Shown: positions 1-11,434, counted from the first letter of the whole stretch. The stretch: 63,636 nt of DNA, filler included, from Globobulimina sp. (GCA_003354225.1; 49 parts of 49 records of this genome joined end to end with filler, not necessarily neighbours in it), one strand, 5' to 3'. Numbers and translations: made by a program. Notes: generated from the sequence alone by a model not told the origin.

Positions 1-103
1 ACAGTGATTGCTCTGATTACGGCAATCTTAGTGAATGGATTGCAAAGTTTTGCCTTTCTGCCCTTTGGAATTATTACTTTTATTGGGACTGTTGCAATTT
101 ATT

Positions 104-1111
104 TCATTTTACCAGAGACAAAACATAAATATAAAACATCAACGAATATTTAATGACTAAACCTTTCTTGCTTGATATTTGAGTATACAGTGAAACATTT
201 CTATCATAGCAGTAAGATTTAAATGGTCTTTCATTTGTATGTACTCGAATATGATTCCCCAAAAACGATTTGAAAATAAATGTCTTATCACAATAACTAC
301 ATTTAAATTTGCCATCATTTCGATGAATACTGCTTTCATGACTCTCCAAAGTATAGGCATTCTCAAACTGTTTATTGCAATATTGACATTTAAATACTTT
401 CCTTTGACCATGAACAGTCCACATATGGATCTCATATTCATTAAACCAAACCGATTTATAATCACAAATCCAACATCCATAGATACCGAATCTCCGACAT
501 TTTCTATCATTACTCTCATCATTATCTTTTGCCTCACTTCCATCTGTTTCTTCATTGCTTGTTTCTCTTTCCGTTACTGCATTATTTGTATTATCATTAT
601 CATCACTTACCTCTATGTCCATTGTTTTATTTCTTAGTGTATCATTTATATCACCTTCTTCACTCTCTGTTTCTTCATCACTCATATCATTATTATGATC
701 GTTAATATTTATATATATTTCCATTTCTTGTCTTGAATTGTTACTATCGATATCTTCTTCGGGTTTTATAACCATTTCATTTGATGAGGCATCATTGTTA
801 GTATTAGGAAAGAATGAGTTGTATAATTGATTAATATTATTATGTTCTTTTTTATTTATCTCGTCCAATAATAAACGTTGTTTGGCAAATAATTCATTTA
901 TATTATTTATATAATTATTATCCTCCAATGTATTTTGAAATAATTCAACCACTGATTTTTTTAAATTTTTGTGTCTTTCCATTTGCATAAATTGTGTCTT
1001 CTTTTTATACGCATTTAAACTGCTAAATATATATCGAACAGAATTAACGGCTTCATCTAATGTATCTAAACACATTCCACAATCTTCGAATTCATTTTTG
1101 ACAGCAAGCAT
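104..1111 (-). CDS. C2H2 zinc-finger protein (acidic N-terminal region, 3 fingers; 3' end uncertain)
   Basis: CWICDY..HMWTVH, CQYCNK..HESSIH, CSYCDK..HIRVH followed by the TNERPF linker; likely ATG at 1111. Confidence 0.85.
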   Translation of the reverse strand: MLAVKNEFEDCGMCLDTLDEAVNSVRYIFSSLNAYKKKTQFMQMERHKNLKKSVVELFQNTLEDNNYINNINELFAKQRLLLDEINKKEHNNINQLYNSFFPNTNNDASSNEMVIKPEEDIDSNNSRQEMEIYININDHNNDMSDEETESEEGDINDTLRNKTMDIEVSDDNDNTNNAVTERETSNEETDGSEAKDNDESNDRKCRRFGIYGCWICDYKSVWFNEYEIHMWTVHGQRKVFKCQYCNKQFENAYTLESHESSIHRNDGKFKCSYCDKTFIFKSFLGNHIRVHTNERPFKSYCYDRNVSLYTQISSKKGLVIKYSLMFYIYVLSLVK

Positions 1112-1121
1112 GTTGACGGCC

Positions 1122-1202
1122 ACAGTTGTGAAGTTTTGGAAATGTTCAGAACTTCGTTTTTTTTTAATTGTTTCGAGATGTCATACAGAGATCTCAAACC
1201 AA
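1122..1202 (-). promoter_or_regulatory. Conserved 81-nt upstream element, copy 1
   Basis: 75/81 identical to 51745-51825(+); ends 10 nt before the ATG. Confidence 0.6.
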
Positions 1203-1302
1203 NNNNNNNNNNNNNNNNNNNNNNNNNNNNNNNNNNNNNNNNNNNNTTAATTAATTAANNNNNNNNNNNNNNNNNNNNNNNNNNNNNNNNNNNNNNNNNN
1301 NN
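1203..1302. other. Artificial contig linker (N44-TTAATTAATTAA-N44); recurs 48 times every ~1300 bp
   Basis: Identical N-flanked stop-in-all-frames spacer; contig lengths fall monotonically from 1202 to 1200 bp. Confidence 0.98.
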
Positions 1303-1860
1303 TATACGTACATTTGAAAGAGCCAATGAAAAGTGCCAGACATGCTGCTCGTTACCTGGGAAGATACCTCGGAAGACCAGTCATTGCCCAGTATCGGATT
1401 GTGAAATATGACGGAAAAAATGTAACATTTTGGTATGATGATCACAAAAGTGGCCAACGAAAATATATGACCTTGCAAGCCGAACAGTTCATTGGCCGGT
1501 TGGTTATGCATATTCCTGTAAAAAATTTTCAGATGGTCAGACGGTATGGATTTTATGGTCGCCATGTGTCAGAGGCGATAAAGGCGATGGTTGAGGCGAC
1601 CAGGCGTATGGTACAACAGATATTTGAGTTTATTAAGGGGGGAAAGAAAAGCTGGCGAATGAGATTGATTGAGTCATTTCAACGAGATCCATTGAAGTGC
1701 CCATATTGTGGGGAAGAGATGGAACTCTGGGAAATATGGCATCCGGTTTATGGACAAATTTACGATTTCTACAGAGACGCACCTACTTATGTCCCGAAAG
1801 AAAAAGAAGAAAAAACAACGCAAATCACAAACGAAAAAACTGTTCAAATCCTCTTGCTTT
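1303..1860 (+). mobile_element. IS91-family (Y2 rolling-circle) transposase, C-terminal fragment
   Basis: RYLGRYLGRP (YxxRY), VTFWYDDH, FIGRLVMHIP..FQMVRRYGFY, WR..L...F.RDPLKCPYCG; the ORF tail after ~1860 is read-through into a chimeric segment. Confidence 0.88.
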
Positions 1861-1921
1861 GTAATCTACGCTTTGCTTTGAATTTTGTAATGTCATTCCA
1901 CCCATATTCTCATTTTTCAAA

Positions 1922-2170
1922 TCATAACAAATCTTTTAAATATTCATATAGCATTTTGGGAGTATCACGGATCGTTTCTGTATTTACCATCCTTCCATCT
2001 GCAATAAATTTAATTTGTTCCGGATCTAAAAAATCAATAATATCTTTTATAAATGGTGATGTCCCGAAACAGGCACTCGATTCTTGTTTTTTATAACATG
2101 ATGCAATAATTGATATCGATTCACATCTCTCTGATTTTTTAATTGAAAAATTTATGATTTCCAGGTCCAT
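1922..2170 (-). CDS. Small hypothetical protein, probably prokaryotic
   Basis: 82-aa ORF followed closely by GGGTGGA-ATG of another minus-strand ORF start (operon-like). Confidence 0.35.
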   Translation of the reverse strand: MDLEIINFSIKKSERCESISIIASCYKKQESSACFGTSPFIKDIIDFLDPEQIKFIADGRMVNTETIRDTPKMLYEYLKDLL

Positions 2171-2204
2171 TTTTGCCTGTTTATGTAAAGTAAATATTTA
2201 ATAT

Positions 2205-2504
2205 TTATGTTGAATGTATATATAAACATCTCACATAAAAATCTTTTATTTCTTGTTGTACGTCGTATATAATACTTGCATCTTTCTGATAATTTTGTAA
2301 TCGTTGGATATCTTTTTTAAATTTAGCAATGTCTCTGATTTGTTGGGCGTTAAGAAATTTATTCTCATTTGAATTTAAATTATGTTTTAATTCTTTTAAT
2401 ACAGTTTTATTTTTTTGGGCATTCTTTGAAACTAAACAAATTTCACAATATGACATATACTTATTATTATTCATTGTGCATAATTTACACATCCAGGCAC
2501 AGCC
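2205..2504 (-). CDS. RanBP2-type zinc-finger protein fragment (eukaryotic)
   Basis: W-x-C-xx-C-T-xx-N-x6-C-xx-C (WMCKLCTMNNNKYMSYCEIC). Confidence 0.65.
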   Translation of the reverse strand, partial: GCAWMCKLCTMNNNKYMSYCEICLVSKNAQKNKTVLKELKHNLNSNENKFLNAQQIRDIAKFKKDIQRLQNYQKDASIIYDVQQEIKDFYVRCLYIHST

Positions 2505-3421
2505 NNNNNNNNNNNNNNNNNNNNNNNNNNNNNNNNNNNNNNNNNNNNTTAATTAATTAANNNNNNNNNNNNNNNNNNNNNNNNNNNNNNNNNNNNNNNN
2601 NNNNTTCATTCATTGTTATAAATAAAATAAGTATAGAAAGACTTTAAATAATAACATATTCAAAAATGAAGACATTCTAAGCAACTTTTGGTGGTTGAAA
2701 TAAAAAGGTTAGAACTCCTAGTAAAGCAACTACGTTACACTTCGTTTGCTTTTTTACCCAGGAGGATAAATGGCTACTCAACAATGATCCAGTTAGAGCA
2801 CGGAAATTATTTCAAGAATTAAATGATTCTGGCTCTGATATCAATGATTTAGATGAAAAAGAGCAGGAATTGTGATTTTTACTCATTGTTGGAATATGAA
2901 TCCGTATTTGATTTGTTTTGTTTTCGTATACCTAGATATTTGATTTATCCCTACCGTATACCTCATTTTATTTTTATTTTGTGAATATTTTATGAATATT
3001 ATCAATTTTCATTTCATTTTATTTTATTGCTTAACAAAGTCAGTGTCCGTACATATTTAATTTGACTTTTGATGAATGTATATTTTATTTGAATTTATGA
3101 TTCCTTTTTTGGATGCTGACGATTGTTCTTAGCATTGGTTGGGTTTATATCTCTATATATATATTTTGTAGTTTATTTTGGATTTTATTCAAATTTGTAT
3201 AATATATTTTTCTTTTGTCAACAACCATTTAGTTTTTACCATTGTCAAATATATACTTCTTTTTTATTTTTTATATAGGTAATTATCTTTCTGATTGTTT
3301 GATTTTATTATTATTAATGTATTCTATCCTTCAAATATCTACAATATCCATTTACAGTGTTAGACTTTTCAGTTTTGGTTTTTCATTATTTGAAAACCAC
3401 TTAACTTTAATTTTAAAACTC

Positions 3422-3451
3422 CTGACGAAGACAGCATTTTGTCGAAACGTC
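3422..3451 (+). ncRNA. Minimal hammerhead-ribozyme-like core (Penelope-type), possibly degenerate
   Basis: CTGACGA-A-[GACA gcattt TGTC]-GAAA-CG-TC; stem I pairing is weak. Confidence 0.45.
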
Positions 3452-3617
3452 TATTTTTTTATTTGTTTAAAAGTAACCCTTCCTAGAAGCAAACACCTAA
3501 CTATCTACCTAAATAAATATTTTTTAAAATTATCACTGATTATTTTTTGTGTTCTACGCATATTCGCCCTATTAAGTATTAATTTGTAATATATCCTTTT
3601 TGCAGCTTCAGAAATTC

Positions 3618-3806
3618 GATGACTAGCTCACTTCAACAAAATCTTAATATCAGGGTTATCACCTCATAGACGACAGTGCAAGGATAGATGTTTCCAGGAT
3701 ACTGGCATATGAAAGAAGAGACAAATCTATGCAATAAAGGTAAAAATTTGTCGTCTATGAGGTGAGAGCCCTGATATTAAGATTTTCTTGAAGTGAGCTA
3801 GTCATC
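3618..3806. repeat. 58-bp imperfect inverted repeat pair (MITE/foldback-like)
   Basis: 3618-3675 vs 3749-3806, 55/58 complementary, 73-nt spacer; right arm ends at the contig end. Confidence 0.8.
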
Positions 3807-3906
3807 NNNNNNNNNNNNNNNNNNNNNNNNNNNNNNNNNNNNNNNNNNNNTTAATTAATTAANNNNNNNNNNNNNNNNNNNNNNNNNNNNNNNNNNNNNN
3901 NNNNNN

Positions 3907-5108
3907 ATTCGACAAAAAGTTGTAAAAATTACGGATGAACAAGTTAAATTTATCCAAGACATGTTAAAATCGTGGATGATGGTCAAAGTATATTGTAGCC
4001 AAAAGGCACTATATCAAAAAATTACTAATATTCGACATAAAGAAGTTAACTTTGTTAAATGTGGTGCAGTATTAAACGTAATCAGTGAGTCGTTGCGTAG
4101 TGTAACATCAATTGTTATTATCTTAGTCGTAGTGGTACCTTATATTTATATTCATAATTATTGCAGTCCCGCCATTTTTTTTACAATTATTGGCATCTTC
4201 GGATACGGCAATAATTGCTGGGCTTTCGTTGTTCCATACCTCATACAATGGAGCAATGAGTTAAAAACATCCATCCAACGAATAAACAACTTTTTATTAA
4301 TACCGAATATAGATATAACAAACAATAATATTCTTCGAACCCATGGATCCGGACATGATGCAATCATTAAAATGTGTAATATTTCCTTTTCTTGGGATAA
4401 AATAGTAGAAATTGGCCAGCATTCAAGTGGTAACAATGAAGAAGCGGATTTATTTGAAGATTCTGAACATATACATATGCAACTCATTAATTCTCCTGCT
4501 AAGAAATATAAAATGCATTTAAACAATATTTGCCTCAATATATCGGAAAATATATTAATAGGCATCACAGGTAATATTGCATCCGGAAAAACAAGTTTAT
4601 TACAAGCTATTTTAGGGGAAATCCCAGTAATCAATGATGAAATGGATGAATACGAATATTATATTGGTGGTAAAATAGGTTATGTGTCACAAACACCGTT
4701 TATATTATCAACAACAATTAGAGACAATATATTATTTGGAAGCAAATATGACAAAGCATGGTACGAAATTGTTGTCGCTGCCTGCTGTTTGTTGACTGAT
4801 TTCCAGCAGTTATCCTCTGCGGACCTGACATGTATTGGCGAGTCTGGAATCAATCTGAGTGGCGGACAAAACAGTAGAATTAGTTTGGCGCGGGTTATAT
4901 ATTCAAAACCAAGCATATTATTATTAGACAATACTTTGAGTAATGTTGATTATAAAACCGGCGAGCAAATATTTAATAACTTATTGGAAAATGAGCATGG
5001 TTTGATGCAAAATACAATAAGAATATTAATATCTCATTCAAAATATTATTTATCACAATGTCATCAAGTAAAAGAGATGAAAAATGGTACATTATTTGAT
5101 ATCGATAT
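3907..5108 (+). CDS. ABCC/MRP-type ABC transporter fragment (end of TMD1 plus NBD1)
   Basis: Walker A GNIASGKTS, YVSQTPFI, TIRDNILFG, IGESGINLSGGQ, Walker B LLLDN. Confidence 0.92.
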
Positions 5109-5208
5109 NNNNNNNNNNNNNNNNNNNNNNNNNNNNNNNNNNNNNNNNNNNNTTAATTAATTAANNNNNNNNNNNNNNNNNNNNNNNNNNNNNNNNNNNN
5201 NNNNNNNN

Positions 5209-6052
5209 CATGAGCACCTTTTTCATTTTGATAAAAATAATTTGGCCATACATTTAAGATATTATTTGGTAAAAATCTGATCATTGAACACTTCAAATAC
5301 AAATAACATTTATAATCCTTTGCTGAATTTAAATGAAAGGATAATAAAAATAATTGCGATTCCCACGAATAACTGGCGCCTCCATCCAATTCATATTCAT
5401 ATTTCGTTTTTGCTTTCGACTTTTCCTCATTAGCATCTTTTAATTTTTTTATTTTACAAAATGGCATTACATATTGCTGTGTGTTATAAATTAATTGTTC
5501 CTGAATATAATTCTTTGGTATTTTACCGTATTTATTATCCACTTCATAAAAATAAATCTGATCGCCATTATTTCTTATTTTCTTACTTTTGTTACATGCA
5601 ATATGTGGCTTTAAACGTTTTATGAAAGAATGCTTTAATTTCCTCAATGCGCTCTCTTTTTGCTTTTCCAAATCATAAAAAGTGTTCCTACGGTCAATGA
5701 TTACCATTATCCTACGATTAGATGGTTCGTCATCTCCTTTCTCCGGTTTATTCGCCAATATTTCAACTATTTTGCGTGCAAAAACACGCGATATACTCAC
5801 CATACTCATATCCGTTTCATTTTGCATTGGCACTTTAATATATTTAATATTTCCTAATTCCAATCTTTTGTCTATATTCATTATACCCTCATCTTCCTGT
5901 TCCACATATTCATATTTCTTCTCATATTTGGATCTTTTCTGTCCTTTTTTATATTCCTTAACCATGACTGACTTAGGAATGATCCAAAAATCTATCTGTA
6001 ATGGTAACAAATCATCGTTTCTGCTGATCACTGAATTGATGGCTTGAGGCAT
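5209..6052 (-). CDS. Hypothetical eukaryotic protein fragment
   Basis: ~280 open codons in AT-rich DNA; no motif recognised. Confidence 0.5.
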
Positions 6053-6757
6053 GGCGAGCGAATATTTGACAAATGACGAATAAGAGTCATTTATTAAAAT
6101 GCTATGTATAATGTATTAAAAATATTTATTGCACGCATGTTTCCCTTCGGTTTGTATGCAAAAGAAACGCGAAAACAAATTACATTTTGTATAGAAACGT
6201 TAACGGGAATTGGATACCTTTTATTTCGTGCTATTGGCCAAAAATAATTAAAATAATATTCCTCGATACACTTATTAAGAAATGATAATATTTTTTCCCC
6301 ATTTTGGTCTGCAATGAGTTGAAATGGCTCAGATATGGATTGAAAATATTTAAAAGAATAATTTTTTGGAATTTCTCGTACTGCCATATGTGGATTGTTA
6401 TACACTTTCCNNNNNNNNNNNNNNNNNNNNNNNNNNNNNNNNNNNNNNNNNNNNTTAATTAATTAANNNNNNNNNNNNNNNNNNNNNNNNNNNNNNNNNN
6501 NNNNNNNNNNAGACAAAACAATGCATATGAATCGCGTTTATAGAAATAAATAACCAAAAACATAAAAACAAATATAAAAATAATCTGAGAACAAAAAAAC
6601 TACAAATTATGTCATGACTTATTACTTAATGTTTAATATTATATTAAGGTAAGTCAGTTATATTACAAATGGGTGAAAACAACAAAAAAACATAAACAAA
6701 TAATAAATAATACTTATTACAACAAAAAATTATAGAAATAAAATTGACAAAACTAGG

Positions 6758-7591
6758 TCAATTATTTGTGTTATATTGAATTACTAATTTATTAAAAGAA
6801 GACGCTTTTCTAATTATCGCTACATCAAACTCATTATCATTATCATGCAAATCCATATTAACGTTCTCATTGACAGACGGCGTATTTGTTTGTGGTGCAA
6901 TCACAATCTCCTTATTATTAATACTCACATCACTAAAATCCATAGAAATAGATTTAAACTTTTCAGTCAAAATAAATCTATGATACGAATCCAACATCAA
7001 TTCCAAAATAGATTGTGCAGCTTCGTCAAATACATTAAATAAAAAAGATTCATACTTCTGTTTTAAATGAAGTTTCTTTTCAAAAAAATGAATTAACGGC
7101 GTATGGATAACGTGCGATAAATTTATTTCTTTCACACTCCGAATTGCTACAAATTTATGATACAAATATTCCATTTCCAATGCTAAATTGCTCGATGTTT
7201 CTGCATCTGACAATACTGCACTCCTTGGCAAACCTGACAATATTCACAGAAACAATAATAAATAATAAAAAGTATGTAGTTTTGTAGCGATACCTGGCGG
7301 CAATTCAAGTTTCATGAACACAGAGCCATTATTATGAAACAAATACGAATACATTGATTCTTGTTTTTTTCTCTTGGCTTTTATTTTTGAGCGTGACCTG
7401 CTACGCTGTAAAAATATTGAATTTGGTAATTTAGGCATTGAGGCAGTGGGAATAATATTTTGTCCATCATTTTGAGTGTGAGACATATCGGCTGATAACT
7501 CATCAAATGCAGCGGATGTATCCTCAGATAGCGGTCTCTGCGGTGCTGGCGATGGCGATGGAGATCGTTCAATAGAATTACTACGCTGCAT
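6758..7591 (-). CDS. RGS-domain protein, C-terminal part (intron 7234-7293)
   Basis: Splicing gives ELPPG/LPRSAVL; RGS motifs YHKFV..SVKEINLS and VFDEAAQSILELMLDSYHRF. Confidence 0.78.
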
Positions 7592-8397
7592 AGCGCCAAT
7601 TGCATTAAAATCTATATAGCTTGAACCCTTATTTTTTCGATTCCCTCATTCTGTGATTTTTAATAATTCTTATTTTGTTTTATATAGTTTCTGTAGTGGA
7701 TTTTTCAACATCNNNNNNNNNNNNNNNNNNNNNNNNNNNNNNNNNNNNNNNNNNNNTTAATTAATTAANNNNNNNNNNNNNNNNNNNNNNNNNNNNNNNN
7801 NNNNNNNNNNNNTTATAACTATACTTTTTTCTGTATATTTTAAAAGTACACAAATTAATATCAGTTTAGTTGATTAAATTGTTTTGCACATACACCTGAA
7901 ATACAACAAATGGAGCATCAAATTTCCATACAAAAAGTTCCCATTCGCTATATCCACAACATAGGCAACGTTGGGCCGTAAATAATGCTGAACCTATTTT
8001 AGGAGTTGACCAATGGACGTATTGGATCCGACAGACGGGTCAACAACGATGCTTCATCTATAGCGGGCACTTTTTAGACAAACTCTTGATGAACATTTGA
8101 GATCTAGAGCTGCAACAAATTAACAAGAAGAAGAAGAAGAAGAAAAAAACAGTAAAGTTACATTCTCACATTTTCGTAGCAAGCAATGTCAGCTGCTACA
8201 AAAAAATAATACAATTTAGTACAATTCCGATCCAGGTAAATAATATGAATATTATTGAATGAATTATTACGAACACATTCCCACCACACCACCCCACCAC
8301 AACACCACCACCCCGCCACTACCCGCCAGCCACAGCATTGGCGGATCGAAATTGATGAACAAATAATATGTAATATGAAGAATGAAAATCTGCATCG

Positions 8398-8787
8398 ATG
8401 AGTGACAAGATTTATAAATGGTACATTCGAATCGACGCAGGAATTGGAAATAAAAGTATGGTGATTGGAATTGTCCAAAGTGATTTCAATAACGTAAAGA
8501 AAGAGTTTTTCCGTGATAAAATCTCGATAAATTATGGCTATTCCGGCAAAAATGGAGAAATTTGCTCAAGCAATAAATGGAAAGCATACGGAGAAGAATT
8601 TGAAATCAATGACGTGATTTGTATGGAATTGAACCTGCGAAAGGGACATTTTATCTTTCATAAAAATGACAAATACCAAGGAATTGCATATAAAATAGAA
8701 AAGCAACACAACATTTCATACAAATTGGCAGTCAGTTTGGGATATAAAAATAGTGCGGTTACTCTCACTCGGTTCACTGTGCAATAA
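8398..8787 (+). CDS. SPRY/B30.2 domain fragment
   Basis: YKWYIRI, MVIGIV, YGYSGKNG, YGEEFEINDVICMELNL, FHKNDKYQGIAY, YKLAVSL. Confidence 0.8.
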   Translation: MSDKIYKWYIRIDAGIGNKSMVIGIVQSDFNNVKKEFFRDKISINYGYSGKNGEICSSNKWKAYGEEFEINDVICMELNLRKGHFIFHKNDKYQGIAYKIEKQHNISYKLAVSLGYKNSAVTLTRFTVQ

Positions 8788-9116
8788 AATGATTAAAGTT
8801 CAGAAAAACTTGAATTGTAAATAAATATTTTAAAAAAAATGAGTCAATCAATCAATTATCAATCCCGGCCCCAAATGCAAAAAACAGCTCAGCCCATCTC
8901 AATCCATTCTTGTTTGAAAATATAAATTTGAAATTTGTTTGGCAGTGTCGCCGGCGCCAATTGGTTTTATTTGCGACTCCAAATGATTGAAAAAGTTATA
9001 AATAATATAACATTNNNNNNNNNNNNNNNNNNNNNNNNNNNNNNNNNNNNNNNNNNNNTTAATTAATTAANNNNNNNNNNNNNNNNNNNNNNNNNNNNNN
9101 NNNNNNNNNNNNNNTT

Positions 9117-9950
9117 TATCAATACATTGGTAACACACAAAATGTATCAATACTCCATTTTTATGTAAATTTTGCAGATGCCAATTTATTTCGTTTCTAC
9201 AATGGCAGTTGATTCGCGCAGGACGAGATAATGACATTGGAACACCCGACTCTTGCATCACTACGGGAACAGTTATTAGCTGCAAATCAGAAGGAAAACA
9301 GTAAATTAATTCCATATTGCCGTGGTTCTGTGGTTATATTAAATGCATTGCAACACGGTTATTTTGCACAGAATAAATTAGCGGAAATATATGGTGGCAA
9401 ATTTGCGAGATCGACAATTGATAAAATACGCAAAAGCATCACCATAAATGAACCAGCAGTCATTGATAATATTATTTGCATGGCATCTTTGATGGGAATG
9501 TTACATAAATATAAAGAATCACAAATTAATAAATTATTGAAAACTGCATATTGTGGATTCAATGGCGCAGTTTGTGAGGTATTATATCAACAAATAAAGA
9601 AAGATAAAAGGAATAAAAACAATGCAAATGAAGAAGAGAAGGAGGAAAAAATGGGGGTTCGTAAAGAGATTATTATTCATACTGGAAATTGGGGCTGCGG
9701 CGCTTTCGGAGGTAATATCATCGTACATACTATGCTTCAGGTTATTGCTGCAGTGGCTGCTGGAGTTGATATGATTTATTATCATTCTATTGATCAGAAA
9801 TCAATGAAAAGAGCACAGGAAGGATGTAATGTGTTATTGAAGGAATTGTATCCAAAATGTAGGAACAAAAAAGGAAAACTTAAAACAAAGTTGTTTGTGA
9901 CTGAATTATTGAAAAGAAATTATAAATGGGGAACACCAAACGGTACATGA
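9117..9950 (+). CDS. PARG-like macrodomain glycohydrolase with in-frame TGA at 9210-9212
   Basis: VNFADANLF...*FAQDEIMTLEHP and IHTGNWGCGAFGGN. Confidence 0.75.
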
Positions 9951-10417
9951 TATAATTTCGCTTTCATAGTTATTTTTAAGGTACAAGGTTTGAGTGAGGA
10001 CTGTGAGGCTAAATTTAAACTAAAAAATAATGGAGATGTCATTGCTATGATCAATGCATTTTTAGGCTGGCGATTTTGAGGTAAAGCAAATCTAAAATCC
10101 GAACATCAAAAAAAACCACCATCCCACTGAGAAACATATACAAAATAGTAGTTTTTTTTATTATTAATATTAACTCAAATCCTCTTTCATTGCCATATTA
10201 CGCTATTTGTTGCTTTCTACCCAACGAATTGTATACGATGTCTTCATATTGGTTGTTTTGCCTCTTTTCCAAATTGCAAGAATTGTTTGTTTCCATAGAA
10301 ATATTGACAAAACTCTNNNNNNNNNNNNNNNNNNNNNNNNNNNNNNNNNNNNNNNNNNNNTTAATTAATTAANNNNNNNNNNNNNNNNNNNNNNNNNNNN
10401 NNNNNNNNNNNNNNNNT

Positions 10418-10807
10418 ATTGCATTTTTTAAATATTTATTCAACGACGAAATAATATGGATTGCAAACCTACCATGGATCACCATATTTATTTGGATTTT
10501 ATTGAATGCATATTATATAGTAATTTTTATTAAAATTGCAATGAAATTCGAAAAATTACAAAAAAAACAACGACAGCTTATTATTACACAACAAACATTT
10601 TATATAAATAATAATAAAAATATTGGTGTTGACAATAATGATTATTTGCAAATGGTGGAGAAATTTCGTAACATTCAAGAATTTGTATCACAAAAAACAA
10701 TAATTCCAAGACCATTCGGTGCATCAATGACTGGCTTGACATGGAAAGTTATTATGGGAACGATTTTATCTGTTTTGCCGACAGCCATCAGATATATGTC
10801 CGAATAA
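10418..10807 (+). CDS. Multi-pass membrane protein C-terminus, PHTF/7TM ion channel-like
   Basis: TM helix, long polar helix, PRPFGASMT and a terminal hydrophobic helix. Confidence 0.45.
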   Translation: MAFFKYLFNDEIIWIANLPWITIFIWILLNAYYIVIFIKIAMKFEKLQKKQRQLIITQQTFYINNNKNIGVDNNDYLQMVEKFRNIQEFVSQKTIIPRPFGASMTGLTWKVIMGTILSVLPTAIRYMSE

Positions 10808-10903
10808 AGTTTACCGTAAAATGTTATGTTTTCAAATATTTGTGATCGATAAAAAACTTTCTTTATTTTGAACATCAAAAAAACAAAAACACCTGAAACT
10901 ATC

Positions 10904-11434
10904 ATGCATCTGAATCCTTCTTTGTATCAACAACCACCGAGAGCACAAAATACTGAACCATCAGCTGCATTGCTTGCATTATTACCTGATCCAAATCGTA
11001 ATATAAATAATCGAAATCGTAACCACAATAACACTGGGAATCAAAATGGAAACTTAAAAGTCGATGCGTCATTTATTACACCACAATCAATGCAACAAAT
11101 GTTGAAAGAAATGAATTTGCCATCAAAAATTGACCATTCCACAGCCAAATTTTATCAGGAAGTTTGTGTATTGTATGTGAGAAAGGTTTTTGATTTGGCG
11201 ATGGATTATGCGAATCAACGACAATCCACAAATATTGAAATGAAAGATGTTTTGAGATCAATTAAAAAATATTCGGTCGTACCACCAAACCAATGGAATC
11301 ATGTTAAATTGAAAGGAAATCATCCATTGAGAAAAAGTAAAAATAGGAATGCAATCGCTACACATAAAAAAAGATTAAATATCAAACGAAAACACCAAAA
11401 GATAATGGATAAAAATTCTAATAAAAATAAGTGA
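10904..11434 (+). CDS. TAF12: TFIID subunit 12-like histone-fold protein
   Basis: FITPQSMQQMLKEM...ANQRQSTNIEMKDV histone fold plus C-terminal ATHKKRL. Confidence 0.65.
   Translation: MHLNPSLYQQPPRAQNTEPSAALLALLPDPNRNINNRNRNHNNTGNQNGNLKVDASFITPQSMQQMLKEMNLPSKIDHSTAKFYQEVCVLYVRKVFDLAMDYANQRQSTNIEMKDVLRSIKKYSVVPPNQWNHVKLKGNHPLRKSKNRNAIATHKKRLNIKRKHQKIMDKNSNKNK

Noticed and set aside
4900-4945. Unusual Walker B (LLLDN) as a novel ABC variant
   Set aside because: NBD1 of ABCC transporters is normally degenerate at this position; one further substitution is weak evidence.
9210-9212. Alternative genetic code (TGA as sense), also suggested by 44492-44494
   Set aside because: TGA is the evident terminator of the PARG-like, TAF12-like and DYW genes; the two cases are better explained as local lesions.
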